From positions 51,398-111,826 of the forward strand of contig CAYQAP010000001.1 in assembly GCA_964415515.1 (NCBI GenBank): DNA of 60,429 bases, read 5' to 3'. The position numbers were made by a program, and so were the translations under genes. The DNA comes from an uncultured Gammaproteobacteria bacterium. GTDB lineage: Bacteria; Pseudomonadota; Gammaproteobacteria; Arenicellales; DRJH01. The notes beneath the pieces were generated by a model. The model was not told the DNA's origin, searched no databases, and worked only from the letters and a program-made list of their open reading frames with translations. Each line of letters begins with the position of its first letter. The stretch's first letter is position 1. Below, piece by piece: positions 1-11,702 of the stretch.

Positions 1-21
1 CACTGGGTTTTCACAACCGTA

Positions 22-54
22 CTGTTTGGTTGCTGTTTGGTTGCTGTTTGGTTG
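22..54. repeat. Perfect tandem repeat, 3 x 11 bp (CTGTTTGGTTG)
   Basis: Read directly: CTGTTTGGTTG at 22-32, 33-43 and 44-54. It lies in non-coding DNA about 160 bp beyond the gyrA stop, at the window edge. Confidence 0.95.
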
Positions 55-214
55 CAATTTTATTTACTAAGAGGTTGTGGAGTTCTGGAGAAGCCAGGCT
101 GCAGCAACCCTACGACAAATGACGGTAGCATTGCTCATGTCAAAACCAGGCTACTATTGGATACGGATCGCACCGATACGAATCTATGAGTGTAAACCTC
201 TAATTAGGGCAAAC

Positions 215-2863
215 CTATGCGATACCGTCATCTGGATCGACCCCGTCAACCACCTCCTCGACACTGGCAACAGTCGGCTGCTCCAATGCGGCAACCACCG
301 AGGTCCCGGAATCCTCTTCGACGACACCCAAACTCACCAGCACCTCATCTGTGCCAATATTGATCAATCGCACACCCTGTGTATTACGCCCCATACAACT
401 GACTTCATCAACCCGGCTGCGAATCAGCACGCCAGCATTGGTGATCAGCATCATGTCATGACCTGCAGTGACCTGCCTGGCTCCGACCACCCGACCATTG
501 CGTGCAGTTACCTGGATGGAGATCACACCTTGCCCACCTCGGTTCCGACATGGAAACTCGGCGATGGAGGTACGTTTGCCATAGCCATTCTCGGTTGCCA
601 ACAGAATTGAGTTTGCCTGCTGTTCTTCCGGATTGACCACGACCATGGAAATCACTTTCTGCCCTGGCTTCAGGGTAATTCCGCGAACACCCTGTCCTGT
701 TCGGCCGATGGAGCGGATATCGGTACCCCGAAATCGAATCGCTTTGCCAGCATTGGAAAACAACAGTACATGGCTGTTACCACACGTCAGACCGACATTC
801 ACCAGATAATCGTTATCCCGCAAACCGATCGCTATGATCCCGTTGCTACGTGGATTGGAAAAAGCGGTTAGTGGGGTTTTCTTGACCACTCCACTGGCGG
901 TTGCCATCATCACATAGTGTCCGGGAAGATAATCCCGAATCGGCAGCACAGCCGTAACACTTTCATCTTTCTCGAGCGGTAGCAGATTGACCAAGGGTCG
1001 ACCCCTGGCATGTGGGCCGGCCTGCGGCAAGCGATAGACCTTAAGCCAATAGACCTTGCCCCGACTGGAAAAACATAAAATCGTGTCATGGGTGCTGACC
1101 ACAAACAGTGAAGCGACAAAGTCTTCTTCCCGATTACGGGTTGCAGATCGACCCCGTCCGCCACGATGCTGGGCCTGGTAGTCAGCCAGGGGTTGTGACT
1201 TGGCATAACCGCGATGTGACAAGGTCACTACGCGATCTTCTTCTACAATCAGGTCTTCATCCGTCAGATCATCCTGGTGTTGCACTATTTCAGTGCGCCG
1301 GGCATCACCACTCTGCTCACGAACCGCCTTCAGCTCCTCCCGGATGACTTTCATTAGTCGATCCGGGTTGCGCAATATCATTAATAGTTCAGCAACTTTT
1401 TCCAAAATCTCACTGAATTCCCGATAAATTTTATCCTGTTCCAGACCTGTTAGACGATGCAGTTGCAGGTCCAGAATTGCCTGCGCCTGCGCAGCGGACA
1501 AACGATAACCCTCGGGGCCCAGGCCAAGCCCTGACTCGCGACTGCCGGGCCGGGACAAGGAGTCATCAATCTTTTCAAGCATTGGCCTCACGACCCCTGG
1601 CTGCCAGGGGGTTGCAATCAATTTCTGCTTCGCTTCCGCGGTATTGGCCGCCGCTTTGATTGCGGCAATCACCGCATCAATATTACTCAAGGCTACGGCC
1701 AGACCTTCAAGACGATGGGCACGATCACGAGCCTTGTTAAGGTCAAATATGGATCGCCGTGTAACCACCTCCCGACGGTGCCGGATAAATTCTTCGATTA
1801 GTTCCTTGAGGGTGAACGTTTTGGGCTGATTATTGACCAGTGCCACCATATTGATCCCAAAAACATTCTGCAACTGGGTGTGTTGATACAGATTATTCAG
1901 AATCACTTCCGGAACTTCTCCGCGGCGCAGTTCTATGACCATGCGCATGCCGTCTTTGTCCGATTCATCTCGCAGTGCAGAAATGCCCGACAGGCGTTTG
2001 TTCTTGATCAGCTCGGCAATTTTTTCCAATAGCCTGGCCTTGTTAACCTGATAGGGTAATTCGGTGACCACGATGGCATCAGTGCCGGTTTTCTTATTGT
2101 GCTCAACCGTGGAGCGACCCCGAATGTAGATTTTCCCTCGCCCTTTCAGATAGGCGGCGCGAATCCCGCCACTACCATTAATGATCGCAGCTGTCGGAAA
2201 ATCAGGGCCGGGGATGTGTTCCATCAAGGCGGTAGCTGTGATTGCCGGGTCATCAATATAGGCCAGGCAACCGTTAATAACTTCGGTCAGATTGTGTGGT
2301 GGAATATTGGTGGCCATACCCACCGCAATACCCGAGGAGCCGTTTACCAGCAGGTTCGGAATCCGGGCAGGTAGTACCGTCGGCTGAGTTTCCGATTCGT
2401 CGTAATTGGGAACGAAATCTACTGTATCGCGATCCATATCCGACAACAGATCATGCGCAATCTTCGCCAGACGGATTTCTGTATAGCGCATGGCTGCCGG
2501 TGAATCACCGTCTACCGAACCGAAGTTGCCCTGACCATCGATTAACGGATACCGCATCGAAAACGATTGCGCCATCCGGACAATGGTATCGTAGACCGCA
2601 GTATCACCATGTGGATGGTACTTACCGATGACATCACCCACTACCCGCGCGGATTTTTTATAGGCTTTATTCCAGTCGTTATTGAGCTCATGCATGGCAT
2701 ACAAAACCCGGCGATGTACCGGTTTGAGACCATCGCATACATCAGGCAGAGCACGGCCGACGATTACACTCATAGCATAATCGAGATAAGAACTGCGCAT
2801 TTCCTGCTCCAAATTGGCAGGAATTGTTTCCAAGGCTATGATTTGGGACTCAATCGATTCCAT
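215..2863 (-). CDS. gyrA: DNA gyrase subunit A
   Basis: 882-aa ORF with an ATG start. The N-terminus [34 protein letters not shown] and the [28 protein letters not shown] are canonical GyrA. The C-terminus has beta-pinwheel repeats and an acidic tail. Confidence 0.97.
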   Translation of the reverse strand: MESIESQIIALETIPANLEQEMRSSYLDYAMSVIVGRALPDVCDGLKPVHRRVLYAMHELNNDWNKAYKKSARVVGDVIGKYHPHGDTAVYDTIVRMAQSFSMRYPLIDGQGNFGSVDGDSPAAMRYTEIRLAKIAHDLLSDMDRDTVDFVPNYDESETQPTVLPARIPNLLVNGSSGIAVGMATNIPPHNLTEVINGCLAYIDDPAITATALMEHIPGPDFPTAAIINGSGGIRAAYLKGRGKIYIRGRSTVEHNKKTGTDAIVVTELPYQVNKARLLEKIAELIKNKRLSGISALRDESDKDGMRMVIELRRGEVPEVILNNLYQHTQLQNVFGINMVALVNNQPKTFTLKELIEEFIRHRREVVTRRSIFDLNKARDRAHRLEGLAVALSNIDAVIAAIKAAANTAEAKQKLIATPWQPGVVRPMLEKIDDSLSRPGSRESGLGLGPEGYRLSAAQAQAILDLQLHRLTGLEQDKIYREFSEILEKVAELLMILRNPDRLMKVIREELKAVREQSGDARRTEIVQHQDDLTDEDLIVEEDRVVTLSHRGYAKSQPLADYQAQHRGGRGRSATRNREEDFVASLFVVSTHDTILCFSSRGKVYWLKVYRLPQAGPHARGRPLVNLLPLEKDESVTAVLPIRDYLPGHYVMMATASGVVKKTPLTAFSNPRSNGIIAIGLRDNDYLVNVGLTCGNSHVLLFSNAGKAIRFRGTDIRSIGRTGQGVRGITLKPGQKVISMVVVNPEEQQANSILLATENGYGKRTSIAEFPCRNRGGQGVISIQVTARNGRVVGARQVTAGHDMMLITNAGVLIRSRVDEVSCMGRNTQGVRLINIGTDEVLVSLGVVEEDSGTSVVAALEQPTVASVEEVVDGVDPDDGIA

Positions 2864-2989
2864 GGCTCAGTAGTTGAAAATAAAATCGTGTAATTTTACC
2901 ATAGACCCGGTTTGCAATGGTCCTGGCGCAAGGAAAAACAGAGTTGTTTTTGTGGTGTTAGCTAAGCAATCTCGGGGCTGCCAGACCAC

Positions 2990-3745
2990 TCACAACAATT
3001 CGGATATGTGGCGATTCTGTGGTTGCTTTTCCAACTCCAGCCAGAGACATCCGTCGGGACTTTTTTCTGCCAACCGCTGCAGCCATTGCTGATGGGCCTG
3101 CAGCTCGTCGTCATTGGCTTTGATAAGCCTAAGCACCGACCCCTTGGTTCTTTGTTGCCTAGATTGGGCCTGCAGGCTTGCCGCATCGGTGGCAATTGAG
3201 GTATCCAGCTGACCCAAAAAATCAGTTTGTCCACCGGTCATTAACAGATAGACATCGGCCAGCAATTTTGCATCAAGCAAGGCTCCATGCAATGTTCTCT
3301 GGGAGATATCTACGTGATACAACTTGCAAATCGCATCCAGGCTGGCCCGTTGCCCCGGATGCAGGCTACGTGCCAGTGCCAAGGTATCCAACACCTCACA
3401 GCAGTCGGCGATCTCGGGCCAGTCTCCATCCAGCAATTGCAATTCATTGTCCAGGAAGCCCAGATCGAACGATGCATTATGGATAACCAGCTCAGCCCCT
3501 TTGATGTATTCAAGAAATTCACTGGCGATATCCGTGAACACCGGTTTGTCTCGCAACATCTTGTTGGTTATTCCATGAACATTGACTGCCCCTTGTGGAA
3601 TCTTGCGTTGCGGGTTAATCAAACGATGGTATTCGTTGCCGGTAATCTTGCGCTCCACGATCTCGACGCAGCCAATCTCGATTATCCTATGGCCCTCTTG
3701 TGGACTCAGACCCGTGGTTTCGGTGTCAAGAACCAGCTGCCTCAT
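2990..3745 (-). CDS. dnaQ: DNA polymerase III epsilon subunit (3'-5' proofreading exonuclease)
   Basis: 251 aa. Exo motifs [22 protein letters not shown] and [14 protein letters not shown] are present. The ATG overlaps the rnhA stop (ATGA). Confidence 0.95.
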   Translation of the reverse strand: MRQLVLDTETTGLSPQEGHRIIEIGCVEIVERKITGNEYHRLINPQRKIPQGAVNVHGITNKMLRDKPVFTDIASEFLEYIKGAELVIHNASFDLGFLDNELQLLDGDWPEIADCCEVLDTLALARSLHPGQRASLDAICKLYHVDISQRTLHGALLDAKLLADVYLLMTGGQTDFLGQLDTSIATDAASLQAQSRQQRTKGSVLRLIKANDDELQAHQQWLQRLAEKSPDGCLWLELEKQPQNRHISELL

Positions 3746-4215
3746 GGCAGGACAACCGTTTCATTCGGGGTAATCTCACCTGCCAGTCCCTGATCAATAG
3801 CCAGATTCACAAGCTGATCCACACGCTCATTACCCGAGTCTCCTGCATGGCCCTTGACCCAGAACCAGTCAATCTGATGCGGGCTGGCTACGCACTCAAG
3901 CTGTTGCCATAAATCCGTATTTTTTACAGGCTTGCGTTGTGCCGTTTTCCAGCCATTGCGTTTCCAATTCGAAATCCATTGGGTAATACCCTTGCGCAGA
4001 TATAAAGAATCGGTATGCAATACGACGGCACAAGGGCGTTGCAACGACTCCAGTGCCTTCACAGCAGCCGTTAATTCCATACGATTGTTTGTCGTATCGA
4101 CAACATAACCGAACAGTTCCTTTTTGTGTGCATTCTTTTGCAAAGTGGCCGCCCAACCACCTGGGCCGGGATTCCCACGACAACCTCCATCGGTATAAAT
4201 AGTGACCTTGTTCAT
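3742..4215 (-). CDS. rnhA: Ribonuclease HI
   Basis: 157 aa. [28 protein letters not shown] and [18 protein letters not shown] are typical RNase H1 motifs. Confidence 0.95.
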   Translation of the reverse strand: MNKVTIYTDGGCRGNPGPGGWAATLQKNAHKKELFGYVVDTTNNRMELTAAVKALESLQRPCAVVLHTDSLYLRKGITQWISNWKRNGWKTAQRKPVKNTDLWQQLECVASPHQIDWFWVKGHAGDSGNERVDQLVNLAIDQGLAGEITPNETVVLP

Positions 4216-4227
4216 CGCGTAAGTGAT

Positions 4228-4950
4228 CTACCGTTTCATGACTGGCCCAGCAAATGCCGGTCGATATCGACGTCGGCGTGGGGCGGGATTATCCAACAAC
4301 CACATCCCCGGCTGTTGCTTTCTGGCGATCAGCAGTGAAACACCTCCAAGAGCCGGCCACCAGCGGTCTCCGACCACCTCCAGAAAACGTAATTTCTGCC
4401 AGGACCACGCAGTAACAAAAGGCGGACGATACAGCATCCACCTACCAGACAGCAACTCAAAACCCAGTACTGTCATCCAATCCTGGATGTGTCTCGCAGG
4501 AATAAAAGGGTATTGCCAAAGTCTATCTTGTTTCGAAACAAGCCCTTGTCCGATACGCCAAAGCCCAAAAAAACTCCAGGGATTGAACGCAAAAATGGCC
4601 AGAAAACCACTCGCCGCCACAACCCTGGAGGCCTCCCGCAATACGGCGTGCGGATTCAGGGATGTTTCCAGCGCATGATGCAAGACAACCAGCTCTATAG
4701 ATTGATTGTCCAAGGGCAAATTGGTCGGTTCAGCAATCAGATCAGCGCCCGCCGCATTCAATTCATCATCTGTTGCCAACACCCACCGGGTAAGACTCGG
4801 TATTTTTACCAACAACGAAGCCGAGGCCGACATGCCAAGTTGCAGGGCACTCGATAAGCAGCAATCCGGCAAAGCCGCAGACAAGGCCAACTGTTCCTGC
4901 TGCAAGACCAGCTGCCCAACTTCAGATTGAAACCAGCTTTTACAGATCAT
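4228..4950 (-). CDS. Class I SAM-dependent methyltransferase, YafS-like
   Basis: 240 aa. It resembles E. coli YafS in its central and C-terminal parts (LVVLHHALE...PHAVLREASRVVAASGFLAIFAFNPWSF). It sits in the conserved position next to rnhA-dnaQ and divergent from mltD. Confidence 0.7.
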   Translation of the reverse strand: MICKSWFQSEVGQLVLQQEQLALSAALPDCCLSSALQLGMSASASLLVKIPSLTRWVLATDDELNAAGADLIAEPTNLPLDNQSIELVVLHHALETSLNPHAVLREASRVVAASGFLAIFAFNPWSFFGLWRIGQGLVSKQDRLWQYPFIPARHIQDWMTVLGFELLSGRWMLYRPPFVTAWSWQKLRFLEVVGDRWWPALGGVSLLIARKQQPGMWLLDNPAPRRRRYRPAFAGPVMKR

Positions 4951-5040
4951 TTGGCGGTCCAGGTCTTGTTGTCGGCCTGCAGTAGGTACAGAGTAATTCA
5001 GGTTGACCCGAGTGAGTCAGTGCCTCTACTATTCACCACC

Positions 5041-6570
5041 ATGAGGGGAGACGTCAATATTTTCTGTAAATTCGGCTTGGCCGCGGTGATTCTGCTGCTG
5101 TTTGGTTGTGCCAATGGCCAAAAAACCCTGGCTATCAACCTACCGGTTCCGAACACAGCAGCAACAGCGGCTCCAGCGACACCAGCGGTTACGGCTGTTA
5201 CCCGCTCTGCAACCGCATACCACCCGTCCACAGCCGTGGAACGAAGCTCTCCCGATGCGAATTACAAGACAAAGCAACGGATACCACTGACAGCAAATCA
5301 ACTCGACCAGCAAACACCCCATAAGCCAGCACAAACACCGAATCTTTCCACCAGCCAACAACTCGTTCACCGCACGGATCTTTGGCAGCGCATCCGTGCC
5401 GGATTCGGACTACCGGATATGAGTACCCGGTTTATCTCACTGCAGGAACAATGGTTCAGCAAGCGACCGGACTATGTCGAACGGCTTTTGCAACGCGCCC
5501 GACGTTATCTCCCCTATATTGTTGAACAGGTCGCGGAGCGTGGCATGCCCATGGAAATCGCCTTGCTACCTGCCATAGAAAGCGCCTATCGTCCCGCAGC
5601 TACATCACGTACCCGGGCAGCCGGACTCTGGCAATTCATGCCAGCTACTGGCAGGCGTTTCGATCTCAAACAAAACTGGTGGGTCGATCAACGACGAGAT
5701 CTCTACGCATCAACCAATGCGGCACTTGACTACCTGGACTACCTCCACCAGCGTCTTAACGGTGACTGGATACTGGCTCTGGCTGCCTACAATGCCGGGG
5801 AAGCTACTATCGAGCGAGCGATACGCTACAATCGCCGACGCAATCGCAGCACCCATTTTACCAATCTGCGACTGCGTCTGGAAACGCGACAGTACATCCC
5901 CAAATTGATTGCCTTTAGAAACATCATCAATGCCCCTGAAAATTTCGGTTTAACCCTTCCTGTATTGCCTGTTAAATCCAACTACGCCCGTGTACCACTC
6001 CCGTATCAACTCGATTTGCGTACAGCGGCCGGATTGCTGGATATGCCGGCAGACGAATTGCTGGCTGTCAACGGCGACTTCCTGCGCTGGGCCACACCTC
6101 CCGGGGCTGGACACTCGCTTCTCATCCCCGCCAGCAAGGAGGCTGACTTCAAGCGTGCTTTACAGAAACTGCCTGCCCAGCAACGTATACGCTGGGCCCA
6201 TTACCGGGTCCGCAAGGGTGACACCCTTGGTGGGATTGCGCTCCGTCACAAAGTCAGTTTGGCCGCAGTCAAACAGTCGAACCATATCCGTAGTGATCTC
6301 ATCAATATCGGACAAAATCTAGTGATTCCACTTTCTGAAGGCGCCATCACCCAACTCGCTCAACAACGTCGCAGGTCGACCCTGAAAAAATCCCGATCTC
6401 GTCGGTCGAGCAAACGTTCGTTCGTACATCAGGTTCGTAACGGTGATACATTATGGGGCATTGCCAAACGCTACCGGGTCTATGTCTCCCAACTGCTATC
6501 ATGGAACAGCCTGCGCAAGAACAGCATCTTGCGCCGCGGACAACCGATTCGTATTTACGCTGCCAATTAG
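5041..6570 (+). CDS. mltD: Membrane-bound lytic murein transglycosylase D (SLT domain plus 2 LysM)
   Basis: SLT catalytic region LPAIESAYRPAATSRTRAAGLWQFMPATG. Two C-terminal LysM repeats (YRVRKGDTLGGIALRH..., HQVRNGDTLWGIAKRY...). I moved the start to ATG 5041, which gives a lipoprotein signal (AAVILLLFGC). Confidence 0.9.
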   Translation: MRGDVNIFCKFGLAAVILLLFGCANGQKTLAINLPVPNTAATAAPATPAVTAVTRSATAYHPSTAVERSSPDANYKTKQRIPLTANQLDQQTPHKPAQTPNLSTSQQLVHRTDLWQRIRAGFGLPDMSTRFISLQEQWFSKRPDYVERLLQRARRYLPYIVEQVAERGMPMEIALLPAIESAYRPAATSRTRAAGLWQFMPATGRRFDLKQNWWVDQRRDLYASTNAALDYLDYLHQRLNGDWILALAAYNAGEATIERAIRYNRRRNRSTHFTNLRLRLETRQYIPKLIAFRNIINAPENFGLTLPVLPVKSNYARVPLPYQLDLRTAAGLLDMPADELLAVNGDFLRWATPPGAGHSLLIPASKEADFKRALQKLPAQQRIRWAHYRVRKGDTLGGIALRHKVSLAAVKQSNHIRSDLINIGQNLVIPLSEGAITQLAQQRRRSTLKKSRSRRSSKRSFVHQVRNGDTLWGIAKRYRVYVSQLLSWNSLRKNSILRRGQPIRIYAAN

Positions 6571-6681
6571 TCGCACCCCGGGAACAGCGGATACCCACAG
6601 CAAAGAGCCTAACCAGCATGTACTGAGCTTTGCAAAGCATCACCATTGAGCGGTGACCAACGACTACCGCAGGTCTTTACC

Positions 6682-7203
6682 TCATGCCGTAGTTTTCCCG
6701 TCATCGAGAAGTGATTCAAGCGGTGGTTTCCTACGCTTGGAAATTCCCAGTTCCTTGGCCATAACGATGGCATCTTCCCTGCCTTTGGCCACCGCATAGT
6801 AAGCGCGTCGAATTCCGATTTCGTTAAACCCGGTCTTGGTGTATAACGCTTGAGCGATGACATTAGAACGCCTGACCTCCAGGTAAGCGGTATGTACGGC
6901 CCGAGCCCGGGCTGTGCACAACAAATCAATCAGCATTGCTGTACCCAGTCCCTGGCCCTGAGCTTCTTGATGCACACAAAGATTGAGAATATGACACTCC
7001 TTCGCGCCTATACTCATGATGCCGTAAGCCAGCAATTGCTGCTGGTCTTTTAGTACATGACAAACATGGCCAATATGCAGGCAATCGAGAAAAATTTGTG
7101 CCCGCCACGGAAATACATGACTACGACGTTCAATACACAAAACCTCAGACAGATCATCGGGTGTCATCACCGCAACCCGAACCGGGGCATGCCGTGTCAG
7201 CAT
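6682..7203 (-). CDS. rimI: Ribosomal-protein-alanine N-acetyltransferase (GNAT)
   Basis: GNAT core HILNLCVHQEAQGQGLGTAML...AYLEVRRSNVIAQALYTKTGFNEIGIRRAYY aligns with E. coli RimI. I chose ATG 7203; the ORF-track start at 7248 is TTG, and ATG 7167 is an alternative. Confidence 0.85.
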   Translation of the reverse strand: MLTRHAPVRVAVMTPDDLSEVLCIERRSHVFPWRAQIFLDCLHIGHVCHVLKDQQQLLAYGIMSIGAKECHILNLCVHQEAQGQGLGTAMLIDLLCTARARAVHTAYLEVRRSNVIAQALYTKTGFNEIGIRRAYYAVAKGREDAIVMAKELGISKRRKPPLESLLDDGKTTA

Positions 7204-7910
7204 GGCAACTTTTCTTTTATCCTCAACGCAAATTGCAGATCCTGCCAAACCTTGCGTTTCTCCAATGGGCTGCGTAGCAGATAAGCCGGATGATAGGTCA
7301 CTACCAGTGGTGTGCCGGTGGCTTCAAACCGATGCTCTCGACCACGCAACTGTCCAATTGGTTCGCTGGTCTTCAGCAACGCCTGGGCCGCAAACCGGCC
7401 CATTGCCAGGATAATTGCGGGCTGCAGCAGTTCTAATTGCCGGTACAAATAGGGCAAACACTGCCGACTTTCCTCATCCAATGGATCTCGATTTCCCGGT
7501 GGCCGACATTTCAGTACATTGGCAATATATACTTCCTGGCGTGATAAACCCATGGCCATGAGCATTGCAGTCAGCAATTGCCCCGCCCTGCCGACGAAAG
7601 GCAGTCCCTCTTTATCTTCCTGAGCTCCGGGAGCCTCACCAACCAGCATCCAGCGTGCCTGTGGATCCCCGCTACCGAACACAACCTGGGTACGGTGATT
7701 GGATAAACCACACCGCTGACAGCTTGTCGCTTCATGCTGTAGCGTCTCCCAATCCGATGGCCGAACCTCCAGGGTCTGTTGTCCTGCAATGATCTGCGCC
7801 GGTGTTGGCCGCTGCTGTCTTGCCGCTTTGCTGCTACGCAATTCCCAAACGGTAACACCCAGCGCAGCCAGATAAGCCTGTTGTTGTTCAGAAAACCTGT
7901 TTTTCAACAT
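7197..7910 (-). CDS. Uracil-DNA glycosylase, family 4
   Basis: 237 aa. Motifs CQRCGL, LVGEAPGAQEDKEGLPFVGRAGQLL, ANVLKCRPPGNRDP and HPAYLLR are typical of family-4 UDG with a 4Fe-4S cluster. Confidence 0.9.
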   Translation of the reverse strand: MLKNRFSEQQQAYLAALGVTVWELRSSKAARQQRPTPAQIIAGQQTLEVRPSDWETLQHEATSCQRCGLSNHRTQVVFGSGDPQARWMLVGEAPGAQEDKEGLPFVGRAGQLLTAMLMAMGLSRQEVYIANVLKCRPPGNRDPLDEESRQCLPYLYRQLELLQPAIILAMGRFAAQALLKTSEPIGQLRGREHRFEATGTPLVVTYHPAYLLRSPLEKRKVWQDLQFALRIKEKLPC

Positions 7911-7961
7911 CGGGCGGTAACATGTTTCGTGGAATTATCTGGCCAACTGCTGCTGTTTTCA

Positions 7962-9353
7962 TTATGCGCCCGCAATGGTCATGTTTTCCACCAATATTGA
8001 ACCGCAACGGATATTGCCACGCAAATCCAGATCGGTCCCTGCGGCCACCAGTTGTTGAAAGATTTCACGCAGATTACCGGCTATGGTAATCTCTTCTACA
8101 GGATACTGGATCTCACCGTGCTCAACCCAGAAACCCGCTGCACCGCGAGAATAGTCGCCGGTGATACCGTTAATCCCAAAACCAATTAACTCGGTCACCA
8201 GCAGACCATGATCCATGCCACGCATCAGCCCCTGAAAATCCTCATTCCCGGGTTGCAATATGACATTTCGCGGACCACCGGCATGCCCGGTATTTGGCAT
8301 TGTTAATTTGCGTGCCGAGTAACTGCTCAAACAATAACTTCTCAGAATACCCGATGAGACCAGATCACGATCACGGGTAGCGACCCCTTCATTATCAAAG
8401 GCAGCACTGCCCATGGCCCGCTTTAGTTGAGGACGCTCGTAAAGATGGACCCAATTCGAAAAAACCTGTTTGTCCAAATAATCCTTTAAAAAAGAAGCGT
8501 TACGGTACAGGGCCCCACCGCGGATAGCCGACAAAAAATGACTGATCAGGCTCGATGCAACCGGGGCTTCAAACAGCACAGCAGCCTGACGGGTGCTCAG
8601 TTTACGAGCACCCAAACGTCGTACCGTTCGCTGTGCAGCCATACGACCCACTGCTGTAGCAGACTGCAGTTCATCATAGCAGCGTGCCGATGTGTACCAG
8701 TAATCACGCTGCATTCCAGCACCAGCATCGGCACTACGGGTGCCGACAACAGCGCAGGATAAACTGTAGCGGGTAGCTCGGGACGGTCCGACAAAGCCGT
8801 GGCTATTCGCGTATACACCAACCCCCAGATGGGTCTGTAAACTCGCACCTTCGGAATTGACAATCTGCGAATCATGATCGAGTGCGGCTGCCTCACAGTC
8901 CATGCTTTGTTGCAACGCCTCTTCCACAGAAATGTTCCGGGGATGAAATAACTCCAGATCTGGCTGCGAATGGGCCATCAAGTCTGCATCTGCCAGGCCA
9001 TTACATGGATCAGCTGCAGTAAACCGGGCGATATTGCAAGCAGCTTGCAGCGCACCTGCTACCGCCTCGGTAGAAAAATCTACCGTGCTGGCACTCCCAC
9101 TATGATCACCAAAATACACCGTCAATATCAGCGATTTATCACGAATATGTTCGACCGTTTCAACTTCCCGCATGCGCACCGTAGTCACCAGCCCGAGACC
9201 ATGGCTGAGAGCTACTTCAGCGGCACTGGCTCCTGACAATACCGCCTTATCCAGAACCTGAGCGGCCAGCTCCTGCATTCGCTGTTGCCATTGATCAGCA
9301 GAAACGTTGATCTCTCGCGGCTGGGCTATACCCTGATCGACTGATAATTCCAT
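7962..9353 (-). CDS. pmbA: Metalloprotease PmbA (TldE)
   Basis: 463 aa with PmbA/TldD-fold sequence. It lies immediately downstream of tldD on the same strand. Confidence 0.9.
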   Translation of the reverse strand: MELSVDQGIAQPREINVSADQWQQRMQELAAQVLDKAVLSGASAAEVALSHGLGLVTTVRMREVETVEHIRDKSLILTVYFGDHSGSASTVDFSTEAVAGALQAACNIARFTAADPCNGLADADLMAHSQPDLELFHPRNISVEEALQQSMDCEAAALDHDSQIVNSEGASLQTHLGVGVYANSHGFVGPSRATRYSLSCAVVGTRSADAGAGMQRDYWYTSARCYDELQSATAVGRMAAQRTVRRLGARKLSTRQAAVLFEAPVASSLISHFLSAIRGGALYRNASFLKDYLDKQVFSNWVHLYERPQLKRAMGSAAFDNEGVATRDRDLVSSGILRSYCLSSYSARKLTMPNTGHAGGPRNVILQPGNEDFQGLMRGMDHGLLVTELIGFGINGITGDYSRGAAGFWVEHGEIQYPVEEITIAGNLREIFQQLVAAGTDLDLRGNIRCGSILVENMTIAGA

Positions 9354-9391
9354 AACGTCACTTCATCCCTAGGTAGTGCTGTATAAAGGGT

Positions 9392-10843
9392 TCAAACCTG
9401 TACCCCACCCACGGTCAGGCCATCGATTTTCAATGTGGGTTGACCCACACCGACGGGTACGCTTTGACCTTCCTTGCCACAGGTGCCTACCCCGGTATCG
9501 AGCTCCAGATTATTGCCAATCATACTGACCCGTTGCAGTACATCCGGTCCATTGCCGATCAATGTTGCCCCTTTGACCGGGGCTGTGATCCGGCCATGTT
9601 CAAGCAAATAGGCTTCACTGGCAGAAAAGACAAACTTGCCGGATGTGATATCAACCTGGCCACCTCCAAAATTGGCTGCATACAAACCATGATCCACGGA
9701 TTGGATGATTTCATCATGATCGAATGCACCGGGCAACATGAAGGTATTCGTCATTCTTGGCATTGGCAAATGGGCGTAGGATTCTCGCCGGCCATTGCCC
9801 GTGGAAGCAACCCCCATTAATCCGGCATTCATGCGGTCCTGCATGTAACCGACCAGCATCCCATTCTCAATCAACACCGTTCTCTGCCCGGGAATCCCTT
9901 CATCATCAATATTCAAAGACCCGCGCCGTGAGGGCAAAGTGGCATCGTCGACTACGGTTACCCCTGCAGCACCAACCCGTTCGCCCATCCGACCCGAGAA
10001 AGCAGAGGTACCCTTGCGGTTAAAATCCCCTTCAAGTCCGTGACCCACTGCCTCATGCAGTAAAATCCCGGGCCACCCAGGCCCCAGAACAACCGTCATA
10101 TTGCCAGCAGGTGCACTCACCGCCTCCAGATTCACTAACGCCTGGCGCACCGCCTCACGACCATAACCGAGCGCCCGCTCCTGGTGCTGAAAATAGCTCA
10201 TGTCGCAACGGCTGCCACCACCACTGCCGGCTTGCTCCCGGCGTCCATCCTGTTCGACAATGACACTAACATGTAACCGGATCAGAGGCCGAATGTCGGC
10301 AGCCAACCGGCCATCACTTCCCGCCACAAGAATAATCTCCTGCACCGCAGCCAAGCTCACCATGACTTCGACAACACGCGGGTCCTGGGCTCTGGCCTCT
10401 GCCTCGACCTGTTCCAGCAAGGTAACCTTTTGGGCTGCTGTAAGACTGTCAATAGGGTTTGTAGGCGCATACAGCAGCGCTGGCGCTTTGTCCTTCCAGT
10501 GAATGGACTGCCCCTTTGCAGTCGGCTGCTGACTAATGGCCCGAGCCGCATCTGCAGCCTGCAGAAGTGCACTCAGCTCAAAGGCATCGGTATAGGCGAA
10601 ACCGGTCTTTTCATCACTGATGGCACGCAATCCAACCCCTTGATCAACATTATAACTGCCGGTTTTGACCTGGCCTTCTTCCAGACTCCAGGATTCAAGG
10701 TACTGGTATTGAAAATACAACTCTGCATAATCAACCTGACGACTGATCATTCTGCCCAATACCTGCTCGAGGCCACGCTCATCGAGCCCGGAAGGAGTCA
10801 GCAAGGCGGCCTTGGCGTGCAGCAATAAATCTGTCTTGTCCAC
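9392..10843 (-). CDS. tldD: Metalloprotease TldD
   Basis: Aligns with E. coli TldD (VDYAELYFQ..., [36 protein letters not shown]). The ORF-track N-terminus has no homology, so I placed the start at GTG 10843, preceded by AGGAG with an 8-nt spacer. Confidence 0.9.
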   Translation of the reverse strand: MDKTDLLLHAKAALLTPSGLDERGLEQVLGRMISRQVDYAELYFQYQYLESWSLEEGQVKTGSYNVDQGVGLRAISDEKTGFAYTDAFELSALLQAADAARAISQQPTAKGQSIHWKDKAPALLYAPTNPIDSLTAAQKVTLLEQVEAEARAQDPRVVEVMVSLAAVQEIILVAGSDGRLAADIRPLIRLHVSVIVEQDGRREQAGSGGGSRCDMSYFQHQERALGYGREAVRQALVNLEAVSAPAGNMTVVLGPGWPGILLHEAVGHGLEGDFNRKGTSAFSGRMGERVGAAGVTVVDDATLPSRRGSLNIDDEGIPGQRTVLIENGMLVGYMQDRMNAGLMGVASTGNGRRESYAHLPMPRMTNTFMLPGAFDHDEIIQSVDHGLYAANFGGGQVDITSGKFVFSASEAYLLEHGRITAPVKGATLIGNGPDVLQRVSMIGNNLELDTGVGTCGKEGQSVPVGVGQPTLKIDGLTVGGVQV

Positions 10844-11126
10844 AACTAGAACTCCTGAGAAAAATAGGCTATCAGGAACCACAGTAACCGCCAGTGCAAG
10901 CTGCTGCAGATCGAGGCGGTATTCTACCTCAAGTTCTGTAGCAGCGAAGCCGCTGATGCCGATCATGTAGATGCCTATCCAGTCGGGTAAAGTCCATCCA
11001 GAAACAAGACTCTGCCAGCAGATCATGCGAGTCCACCTGATCAGATCAGGCAAACCCGGCCACAAGGAATCGGTAATCAGGTACTATTGCACCCTAAATC
11101 TATGCTCAATACTCAACTCAGGTAAT

Positions 11127-11702
11127 ATGTCTGAACCACAAGTAAGCCACCCCATCACCCTGGCCGGTATTCAGCGCCACTTGCCGCTGTTTGAAGTCAG
11201 GCCGGGCCTGAAAATCGCAATCCTGAATATGCTTGGAGATACCGAGCTTACCGAAGCCTGTGGTATTGCACTGGCACAAAAACTGGCTGAGCTGCGCTTC
11301 GACACACTGGTCACCGCTGAAGCCAAAAGTATTCCTCTCTTGCACGTGATGTCTAGGACCTTGCATAAACCATGCGTAATACTGCGCAAAACGTACAAAT
11401 CATATATGGGTGTGGCACTGGTCGCGGAAACAACCTCGATTACTTCCGGAAAACCACAACGTCTGTATGTGGATGAAAAAGATCGCTGCTACTTGTCCGG
11501 AAAGAACGTTGTACTGGTCGATGATGTCATCAGTACCGGTTCTACACTGGCCGGAATGGAAAAGTTGATGCTGGAGGCGGCAGCAACTATCACCGCAGTG
11601 GCCGCCGTTTGTACCGAAGGTGACGGCAACCAATGGCATCAGATTATTGCGCTCGGCCACTTGCCAGTGTTCAACGCGCCAACGACGCAAGAGCACAGAT
11701 AA
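11127..11702 (+). CDS. Phosphoribosyltransferase-family protein (type I PRTase, purine/adenine PRT-like)
   Basis: PRPP-binding loop VVLVDDVISTGSTLAGM. I placed the start at ATG 11127. The stop TAA overlaps the next ATG (TAATG). Confidence 0.75.
   Translation: MSEPQVSHPITLAGIQRHLPLFEVRPGLKIAILNMLGDTELTEACGIALAQKLAELRFDTLVTAEAKSIPLLHVMSRTLHKPCVILRKTYKSYMGVALVAETTSITSGKPQRLYVDEKDRCYLSGKNVVLVDDVISTGSTLAGMEKLMLEAAATITAVAAVCTEGDGNQWHQIIALGHLPVFNAPTTQEHR

Noticed and set aside
2600-2602. Thr instead of Ser at the GyrA QRDR position equivalent to E. coli Ser83 ([10 protein letters not shown])
   Set aside because: Thr at this position is the wild-type, quinolone-susceptible state in Pseudomonas and many other Gammaproteobacteria. 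Asp87 is also unchanged, so this is not evidence of resistance.
10844-11065. 74-codon N-terminal extension of tldD in the ORF track
   Set aside because: It has no similarity to TldD N-termini. GTG 10843 with an AGGAG SD reproduces the E. coli-like N-terminus.
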